IMG/VR virus record: IMGVR_UViG_3300025383_000020 | From: an uncultured virus (IMG/VR IMGVR_UViG_3300025383_000020) | Taxonomy: Duplodnaviria > Heunggongvirae > Uroviricota > Caudoviricetes | DNA: 20,000 nucleotides | Reading direction: 5' to 3' (one strand) | Part shown: positions 8,698 to 14,569 of the stretch, piece by piece | How the letters are laid out: each line of letters begins with the position of its first letter | Position numbering within the stretch: the stretch's first letter is position 1 | Position numbers and translations under genes: made by a program | Notes under the pieces: generated by a model | What the model was told of the DNA's origin: nothing | Database searches by the model: none | Seen by the model: the letters and a program-made list of their open reading frames with translations, nothing else

Positions 8698-9447
8698 TTA
8701 TCGCCAGTCAAACTTGAGAAAGTCGGCAAGATTATTAGGATAGTTCGGGTGTTCTTGAGCCTTTTGGCTCACTTTAGGGTCCGGGTCCTCTGCCAGTTGG
8801 AGTAGGGTCTTGATGGGAGTGTTTGGGTTCCTGGCGACAACTCGTCTCAGACTAGCGTCCCCATTTGCTGCAAGCTGGACAAGGGTCTCCACTGACACGT
8901 TAGGGTGCTCGACGACTCTCCATAGCACACGGTAATCGTCGTCCTCTGCAAGTTCAGCTAGGACCTCGGCGGGAGTCTTTAGGTTATCGGCGACGTTCCG
9001 TCTTACTTCACTGTCTCTATTCCTTGCAAGGTCCATCAGGATCTCCACTGGCGTGTTAGGGTTCTCAGCGACGCCACATCTCACCAAATAGTATCTGTCC
9101 GCTGCAAGCTGGGCTAGAGTCTCCACTGGAGTGTTATGATTTCGGGCGACGTTCCGTCTTACGTCAGAGTCTGGGTCACGTGCAAGGTCAATTAGGGTCT
9201 CCACTGGAGTGTTAGGGTTCGAGGCGACCCTCCATCTCACTTCAATTTCAGGGTCCTTTGCAAGCTGGACAAGGGTCTTGATGGGAGAGTTATGATTCCT
9301 GGCGACTCCTTCTCTCACTTTAACTTTAGGGTCCTTTGCAAGCTGGACAAGGGTCTCCACTGGAGTGTTAGGATCTTGGGCGACGTCCTCTCTTGACCGG
9401 TCTGATTGCTCTAGTAATAAGCTTGTGTAAGGCTTTACGTGCTTCAT
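8698..9447 (-). CDS. LRV/HEAT-like repeat protein, paralog 4 (7 repeats + cap); start revised to 9447
   Basis: ATG at 9447 gives MKHVKPYTSLLLE, matching the paralog leaders, and lies just downstream of GATAAATA (9456-9463). Confidence 0.9.
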   Translation of the reverse strand: MKHVKPYTSLLLEQSDRSREDVAQDPNTPVETLVQLAKDPKVKVREGVARNHNSPIKTLVQLAKDPEIEVRWRVASNPNTPVETLIDLARDPDSDVRRNVARNHNTPVETLAQLAADRYYLVRCGVAENPNTPVEILMDLARNRDSEVRRNVADNLKTPAEVLAELAEDDDYRVLWRVVEHPNVSVETLVQLAANGDASLRRVVARNPNTPIKTLLQLAEDPDPKVSQKAQEHPNYPNNLADFLKFDWR

Positions 9448-9461
9448 ATAAGATATATTTA

Positions 9462-10598
9462 TCACCAGTCACCGAGCGCCCAGTCTGTAATATCTTCGGG
9501 AAAGTTTGGATTTTCTTCCGCTGCTTTGCGGACTCTCGGGTCGGAGTCCGCTGCAAGGTGGACGAGAGTCTCCTTTGGAGTATTAGGGTTCGAGGCGACT
9601 CCTTCTCTCACTTCAACTTCAGGGTCCTTTGCAAGCTGGACAAGGGTCTCCACTGGAGTGTTAGGGTTCCTGGCGACTCCTTCTCTCACTTCAACTTCAG
9701 GGTCCACTGCAAGCTGGACAAGGGTCTCCACTGGAGTGTTAGGGTTCGAGGCGACCATCCATCTTACACTAGAGTCTGAGTCCTTTGCAAGCTGGACAAG
9801 GGTCTTGATGGGAGAGTTATGATTCCTGGCGACTCCTCCTCTCACTTTAACTTTAGGGTCCACTGCAAGCTGGACAAGGGTCTCCACTGGAGTGTTAGGG
9901 TTCCAGGCGACCATCCATCTTACACGAGAGTCTGAGTCCTTTGCAAGCTGGACTAGGGTCTTGATGGGAGAGTTAGGATTCTTGGCGACACTATGTCTCA
10001 CATGAAATTCTGAGTCCCCTGCAATCTGGGCAAGGGTCTCGATGGGAGTGTTAGGGTTCCAGGCGACAATATGTCTCACATGAGAGTCTGAGTCCCCTGC
10101 AAGCTGGACTAGAGCCTCAGCCGGAGTGTTAGGGTTTGCGGCGACCCCCGCTCTTAGCTCAGATTCCGGGTCCTCTGCAAGCTGGACTAGAGCCTCCTTT
10201 GGAGTGTTAGGATTCTTGGCGACACTATGTCTCACATAAGAGTTTGAGTCCCCTGCAAGCTGGACTAGAGCCTCAGCCGGAGTGTTAGGGTTCCAGGCGA
10301 CAATATGTCTCACATGAGAGTCTGAGTCCCCTGCAAGCTGGACTAGAGCCTCAGCCGGAGTGTTAGGGTTCTCGGCGACCATCTGTCTTACACGAGAGTC
10401 TGAGTCCTTTGCAAGCTGGACTAGGGTCTTGATGGGAGAGTTAGGATTCCTGGCGACTCCTGATCTTATATCAGGATTTGAGTCTGCTGCAAGCTCGACT
10501 AGCGTCTCCACTGGAGTGTCAGGGTTCCTGGCAAGGCTCAATCGTGACAGGCCAGATTGCTCTAGTAATAAGCTTGAGTAAGGTCTAATGTGCTTCAT
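9462..10598 (-). CDS. LRV/HEAT-like repeat protein, paralog 5 (12 repeats + cap); start revised to 10598
   Basis: ATG at 10598 gives MKHIRPYSSLLLE after GATAAATA (10604-10611); 78-nt periodicity; divergent tail NPNFPEDITDWALGDW. Confidence 0.9.
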   Translation of the reverse strand: MKHIRPYSSLLLEQSGLSRLSLARNPDTPVETLVELAADSNPDIRSGVARNPNSPIKTLVQLAKDSDSRVRQMVAENPNTPAEALVQLAGDSDSHVRHIVAWNPNTPAEALVQLAGDSNSYVRHSVAKNPNTPKEALVQLAEDPESELRAGVAANPNTPAEALVQLAGDSDSHVRHIVAWNPNTPIETLAQIAGDSEFHVRHSVAKNPNSPIKTLVQLAKDSDSRVRWMVAWNPNTPVETLVQLAVDPKVKVRGGVARNHNSPIKTLVQLAKDSDSSVRWMVASNPNTPVETLVQLAVDPEVEVREGVARNPNTPVETLVQLAKDPEVEVREGVASNPNTPKETLVHLAADSDPRVRKAAEENPNFPEDITDWALGDW

Positions 10599-10622
10599 AG
10601 GATTATTTATCGCGCCAAGTAC

Positions 10623-11243
10623 AAAAAGGTCAGGAGAACAGTAGCTGGCCATGGGGGATTTTTTTAAAAGCGCGAGGGCCTACTTTTCTGGGAGACCGGG
10701 GTTACAAAAAAGGCATAACCGAGTGGGCCAGTCCAGGGGATTTTTTTCCCAATGGAGAGGGGCATAAAAAAAGGGCTCCTTACTTGGGGCCCCTTTAAAA
10801 TAAAATTAGGAATATTTACTGGAATTGCAGGCCCATCATAAGTACTGCCCAAGGCTGTCCTTGCCCTCCCCCTAGGATATTGTCAGCCCTAAAGTATATT
10901 GCTTCAGGCGCGTTATCACTGGTTCCTTCTGCGTCATAGATAGAATCAAATACTACTGCATATTCTTCATGGCTCATAACCTCAGTTATTTTACCATAAC
11001 CGGCATAGCAATTTATCACCACACCGGCATCGTCTGCAAAACCAACAACATAGACTTCGTCTCCTACTTGAGGAGAGTCACCGTTAAAGCCTTTGTCCTC
11101 TTTAATATACTGGCCAAATTTCTTAATTTGAATTTTCATTTTTAAGTACTTTTTAGTTATTTATTTGCGTGATGCTACTAAAAATCAAAAAAGGCCAGGA
11201 GCACAGTCTGGCCATGGGGGATTTTTTTCCTAATGGAGAGGGG
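10623..11243. repeat. Dispersed direct repeats flanking gene 10816-11139
   Basis: AAAAAGGyCAGGAGmACAGT(AG)CTGGCCATGGGGGATTTTTTT at 10623-10665 and 11188-11228; GGGGATTTTTTTCCyAATGGAGAGGGG at 10736-10762 and 11217-11243. Confidence 0.85.
10816..11139 (-). CDS. Hypothetical late protein, leader + SH3/KOW-like beta domain
   Basis: Leader MKIQIKKFGQYIKE; PQVGDEVYVV..GKITEV..YAVVFD pattern; TAAATA upstream at ~11158. Confidence 0.7.
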   Translation of the reverse strand: MKIQIKKFGQYIKEDKGFNGDSPQVGDEVYVVGFADDAGVVINCYAGYGKITEVMSHEEYAVVFDSIYDAEGTSDNAPEAIYFRADNILGGGQGQPWAVLMMGLQFQ

Positions 11244-11340
11244 ACCTGAATCCAAACGCGCAGGGGTCCCAAGATCCCGGGCCCCAGTGGAGAGGAGTGA
11301 GCGACCGCTGGCCGGGCCTATAGTTACAAAATTTAACTTG

Positions 11341-11530
11341 AGTCTTCCCCAGTCTTCCAAGTCTTCCCTTGCTAGCCGGTCCAGTATAGTCATCCAGCTA
11401 GCCTGTCCAGGCGCCCTGCCAGGAGGCGCCCAGGAGGCGCCAGGGGCCTGCCTGGCCTGTCCAGGGTACCCCAGGGCCGGAGACACCAAGCCCCAGGCCA
11501 GACCGGCTAGCCTGGGAGCCAGCCAGGCGC
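11341..11530. repeat. GC-rich non-coding array: 3x AGTCTTCC, 10x CCWGG, 11-bp inverted repeat
   Basis: AGTCTTCC at 11341, 11351, 11360; CCWGG at 11407, 11419, 11430, 11440, 11451, 11461, 11471, 11493, 11511, 11523; GCTAGCCGGTC (11371) / GACCGGCTAGC (11501). Confidence 0.85.
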
Positions 11531-11774
11531 TGGACCGGGCCCGAAGGGTCTCTGCTGGGCTAGTTAGACCTGCTAGATTAATCCGCAGCGGGTCTCTGGT
11601 CTAACTTCCCAGCCTGCTAGCTGTGCAGCAGAGACCTGTGATCCTGCTAGCTAGGTGCCAGCCAAGCCGCGTCTTAATCCAATGGGGTCTCTAGCACGAC
11701 TTCCTAATTTTTCTAAGCAGCAGGTCTCTGGCCGGACTAGCAGAGACCCCAAGCAGGACTTGAATTCTTAAACA

Positions 11775-11804
11775 GCAAGAGCCGACCTTACGATCAGCTC
11801 TTGC
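11775..11804 (-). terminator. Hairpin, probable terminator of gene 11827-12066
   Basis: GCAAGAGC...GCTCTTGC stem just downstream of the stop codon; short T tract on the minus strand. Confidence 0.6.
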
Positions 11805-11826
11805 AAGAAATTAAGATTTACCAGAT

Positions 11827-12066
11827 TTAGCTAACTGACTGAGTCGGTTGTGCCCATCCGTTGATTGCCTCTACTCCAGACCAGTTAGTGTAAACTGTCT
11901 TACCGCCAGCTAGAGACACTTCAAAGACTTCGTGTCCGTCTGATCCAATACCTGCTGTGTAGATAAGAGTGATGTTTGTAGGAACCAAGCGGAGACCGTG
12001 TCCAGTCGGTGAGATTACCCCATCTGAATAACGATACTCGTCTACGCGTACCAATTGATTTGCCAT
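11827..12066 (-). CDS. Small hypothetical late protein (79 aa)
   Basis: GATAAATA at 12086-12093, A-rich start, own downstream hairpin. Confidence 0.75.
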   Translation of the reverse strand: MANQLVRVDEYRYSDGVISPTGHGLRLVPTNITLIYTAGIGSDGHEVFEVSLAGGKTVYTNWSGVEAINGWAQPTQSVS

Positions 12067-12146
12067 TTTAGTTTGATTTTTTTATTATTTATCCCTTTAC
12101 CAGTGTAGAGTCTCTTGAAAAATAAAGTTAGCAAAAAGTTTTTCCG

Positions 12147-12171
12147 TGTCAGGGGCTTTAGTTATATTTAC
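12147..12171 (+). promoter_or_regulatory. Putative early promoter TGTCA-N11-TATATTTAC
   Basis: Conserved bipartite motif with fixed 11-nt spacer and an upstream A/T tract, ahead of ATG 12194. Confidence 0.8.
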
Positions 12172-12193
12172 TTATCACCAAAAATAAAAAAAC

Positions 12194-12358
12194 ATGTCAC
12201 TTAAGCAAGCACTGATGAACTCGCAGGAAATTTCAGAAAGTGAAGCCACCCAGAGGATACGGGAAATGCGGCAACTGGTATGGGACGGCGAGGACCCGGA
12301 AGAGGTTCTTTACGAGGAAGGCCTCGAACCCGACTACGTCCCTGACCTCCTATTTTAA
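12194..12358 (+). CDS. Small acidic phage protein, 54 aa (absent from the ORF track)
   Basis: MSLKQALMNSQEISESEATQRIREMRQLVWDGEDPEEVLYEEGLEPDYVPDLLF; first ORF after the promoter, AAAAAC-ATG start. Confidence 0.8.
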   Translation: MSLKQALMNSQEISESEATQRIREMRQLVWDGEDPEEVLYEEGLEPDYVPDLLF

Positions 12359-12377
12359 AACCTAATAAACCAAAAGC

Positions 12378-12638
12378 ATGAATTGGAAAGTAAGATTAGA
12401 CCGCTACCTTACGTCACCGCCAGACGATGACTACGACCGCTGGTCTAGTGCTGTGATGGAGGCGCACGACCAAGAGTTCTATGAAGCGAACTGCCCCTGG
12501 CTGGGGGAGTCACAGTACGACCGATGGCTTTCAAAATGTTTCGACGAGAAGAATCTTGAACCCAAAGCCGCTGCTGAACTTATCGAAAGGACACACCGAT
12601 TCTTTAAGATACCTCGACCCGTGACCGGCACCAAATAG
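12378..12638 (+). CDS. Hypothetical protein
   Basis: 86-aa ORF, A-rich start, followed by a terminator. Confidence 0.75.
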   Translation: MNWKVRLDRYLTSPPDDDYDRWSSAVMEAHDQEFYEANCPWLGESQYDRWLSKCFDEKNLEPKAAAELIERTHRFFKIPRPVTGTK

Positions 12639-12670
12639 CTGGACTACTCCGTAGATCTAATACTGGCCAG

Positions 12671-12695
12671 AGGCTCCCCAAAAGGGAGCCTTTTT
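12671..12695 (+). terminator. Rho-independent terminator
   Basis: AGGCTCCC-CAAAA-GGGAGCCT followed by TTTT. Confidence 0.85.
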
Positions 12696-12757
12696 CAGTT
12701 TCTGGAAACCTGTCACCGGGTTTTAGTATTTTATAAATAACAAAAAAGCCGATCCAC

Positions 12758-12964
12758 ATGAGTCCCGAAGAAATGATAAGAGAGTATTACCTAGAGCTGG
12801 GAGAACCCGAGCCGCTGACCCTAAACCGGACTGTGCTGCACGAAGACAGTTCGATCGTCTCTGTCCAGTACGAGATACTGCCGAATGCCGCTGTCACGGC
12901 AAGGACCATTAAGCTTAAGTGCATCTTTATGCGGGACGGCTCTCACCTAATAACTAAGATCTAA
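12758..12964 (+). CDS. Hypothetical protein
   Basis: 68-aa ORF after a promoter-like TGTCA...TAGTATTTTATA; abuts the next ORF. Confidence 0.7.
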   Translation: MSPEEMIREYYLELGEPEPLTLNRTVLHEDSSIVSVQYEILPNAAVTARTIKLKCIFMRDGSHLITKI

Positions 12965-13279
12965 ATGAACCCAAAGCTGGAATCCTTCTGGGAGACTCTG
13001 AAACCCGGACTTGACCGTACTCCGGAAAGTCTCGTCCACTTCAGCTGGGCGCTGGAAGACTGGGAAGCCGAGTCTCTTGCTGTCGCGCTTGACCTGTTCA
13101 GCAAGGAACCCGTCCTGCTTAAGCACGAACTTGCCTCTCAGCTTGAAGAACTGGACTGGCTTATGCAGAGGCTCCTTGAGCTTGAAGAGTACGAGTGCTG
13201 TGCTAGGGTAAAGGAGACGCGGGAGAGGGCTAGCGTCAGAAATCAGGATTTACTTAAACCAAAAAGAAGAAAAAGATGA
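12965..13279 (+). CDS. Hypothetical protein with UvrB/UvrC (UVR)-like coiled motif
   Basis: LEELDWLMQRLLELEEYECCARVKE resembles the UVR consensus (M..A...E.YE.AA..RD). Confidence 0.6.
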   Translation: MNPKLESFWETLKPGLDRTPESLVHFSWALEDWEAESLAVALDLFSKEPVLLKHELASQLEELDWLMQRLLELEEYECCARVKETRERASVRNQDLLKPKRRKR

Positions 13280-13476
13280 CATACGAATTAGCAAAAGGAG
13301 TCCTAGCCGAGGATTATCCGGACGGTCGCACCCGAGTCTGGGGCAGGTGTAAAAGAACAGGTCGAGTATGGGAAAGCTGGCCTAGCACCGAATTGGTAGA
13401 AGCCTGGTTAAGGGGCGAAGGGTCTCTTAGCCCAGCCGAAGAGAGCTTCATCAGGAAGGGGGAGTCTCCCGAATAG
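13276..13476 (+). CDS. Hypothetical protein
   Basis: ATGA overlap with the upstream gene. Confidence 0.7.
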   Translation: MTYELAKGVLAEDYPDGRTRVWGRCKRTGRVWESWPSTELVEAWLRGEGSLSPAEESFIRKGESPE

Positions 13477-13497
13477 ATAACACTAAAATTAAAAAAG

Positions 13498-13857
13498 ATG
13501 CCACCTAAAAATCCGCTAGAAAAGATAATCCACTGGATTGGCACGCCGCTTTCTCTGGTGCTGCACACCGTCTTCTTCGTCGGTATGCTGCTGCTCATAC
13601 CGCTGGGCGTGTCAAAAGAGGACGTGATGCTTGTGCTGACGACGCTCGTCTCTCTTGAGGCCATCTACCTGAGCATCTTTATCCAGATGGGGGTCAACCG
13701 CCAAGTCGAAGCACAGGAAGAGACCAGAAATTTCATCTCTACCGGACTCACTACCCTGCAAGAAACGATTGAGGAAGTACAGGAAACCGTCGAAGAAGTA
13801 CAGGAAACCATTGACGAACCTGAAGAAGCGGAGGATCCGGCGTCTCTAGAAAAATAA
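13498..13857 (+). CDS. DUF1003-like membrane protein with acidic coiled tail
   Basis: Two hydrophobic helices; WIGT and LTTLVSLEAIYLSIFIQMGVNRQ; heptad repeat EEVQETV/EEVQETI. Confidence 0.8.
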   Translation: MPPKNPLEKIIHWIGTPLSLVLHTVFFVGMLLLIPLGVSKEDVMLVLTTLVSLEAIYLSIFIQMGVNRQVEAQEETRNFISTGLTTLQETIEEVQETVEEVQETIDEPEEAEDPASLEK

Positions 13858-13878
13858 AGTTGCTTAAAAGTTTTTTAG

Positions 13879-13903
13879 TGTCAGGAGCATTCGTTATATT
13901 TAC
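13879..13903 (+). promoter_or_regulatory. Putative early promoter
   Basis: TGTCA-N11-TATATTTAC. Confidence 0.8.
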
Positions 13904-13921
13904 TTCTATAAATCAAACAAG

Positions 13922-14239
13922 ATGAAAAACACAAAAAAGATTGAAGTACTTCAGGCAATACTACTCGGCCAAGAGACTCAACTGGATTCCATTTTCACCA
14001 ATTTCATTGACGCCTTTTCCGTGCCCTTCACAAAGAAGGAAGTCAAGAGTCTTTCCAAAAAGGGATTTGAGCTCACTGACGAGTCACACGCAACGGGTGA
14101 TGAAATGTCAGTAGTAAAGTTCAAGCTACCCTGTCAGAAGGCGATATTCGTCAAGGTGGACTGGGACTGGTCACCGACTTTCGACCTTGACTTGGAGTCG
14201 CTCATCGCTGAATTCGATGACATTGAGGACGATTTCTAA
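13922..14239 (+). CDS. Hypothetical acidic protein
   Basis: 105-aa ORF directly after the promoter. Confidence 0.8.
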   Translation: MKNTKKIEVLQAILLGQETQLDSIFTNFIDAFSVPFTKKEVKSLSKKGFELTDESHATGDEMSVVKFKLPCQKAIFVKVDWDWSPTFDLDLESLIAEFDDIEDDF

Positions 14240-14258
14240 AAGCTAAAAATAAAACAAG

Positions 14259-14330
14259 ATGAAAAAAGTAATGTATCCCATTGGAGTCAACGTCTTGGGT
14301 CAGCCGATCTGGGTCGTGCACTTCATCTAA
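14259..14330 (+). CDS. Putative 23-aa peptide MKKVMYPIGVNVLGQPIWVVHFI
   Basis: Start context AAACAAG-ATG-AAAAA identical to that of genes 13922 and 16667. Confidence 0.5.
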   Translation: MKKVMYPIGVNVLGQPIWVVHFI

Positions 14331-14369
14331 GAGACTTTGAGTCCGATTAGAAAAAGGCCGGTCGACGCG

Positions 14370-14417
14370 GTCCGACACTGGGTGGACGCGATGCCACTCG
14401 TGCCAGTGTCGTAGGAC
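14370..14417 (+). ncRNA. Candidate structured RNA hairpin
   Basis: GTC/GAC outer pair, CGACACTGG/CCAGTGTCG 9-bp stem and GTGG/CCAC inner stem, in a non-coding GC-rich stretch upstream of a terminator. Confidence 0.35.
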
Positions 14418-14426
14418 GTAGGTAGA

Positions 14427-14453
14427 GAGCCAGCAGCAATGCTGGCTTTTTTT
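14427..14453 (+). terminator. Rho-independent terminator
   Basis: AGCCAGCA-GCAA-TGCTGGCT plus T run (GNRA loop). Confidence 0.88.
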
Positions 14454-14527
14454 GGTATCAGTAACTCACTACTCCGTAGTCCAAGCTAGGGTCTCTGGAA
14501 AAATAAAGTTGCCCAGGAATTTTTAGT

Positions 14528-14552
14528 TGTCAGGAGTTTTAGTTATATTTAC
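14528..14552 (+). promoter_or_regulatory. Putative early promoter
   Basis: TGTCA-N11-TATATTTAC. Confidence 0.8.
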
Positions 14553-14569
14553 TACATAAATCAAACACG

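Noticed and set aside
9462..10598. 78-nt periodic repeats as a CRISPR array
   Set aside because: The period is exactly 26 codons in an open frame, the variable parts are mutually homologous rather than unique spacers, and no cas genes are present.
6763..10598. Diversity-generating retroelement acting on the LRV genes
   Set aside because: No reverse transcriptase or non-coding template repeat in the window, and by eye the differences between repeats are not confined to adenines. A remote DGR cannot be excluded.
6763..10598. TALE/PPR-like one-repeat-one-base nucleic-acid code
   Set aside because: Variation is spread over about five or more positions per repeat with large hydrophobics and many acidic residues, which fits protein binding better. 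Not disproved, but unsupported.
8412..10852. ORFs 8412-8690, 9368-9556, 9393-9779, 9439-9822, 10360-10581 and 10664-10852
   Set aside because: Antisense or alternate-frame products of repetitive coding DNA or of the repeat-rich spacer; no start signals.
11178..11604. ORFs 11178-11489 (-) and 11233-11604 (+)
   Set aside because: Low-complexity P/G/A/R translations of a GC-rich repeat island, lacking the A-rich start context and promoters seen for real genes.
14331..14425. tRNA or hammerhead ribozyme
   Set aside because: No T-loop GTTCRA, cloverleaf or CCA end; no CUGANGA/GAAA hammerhead core.
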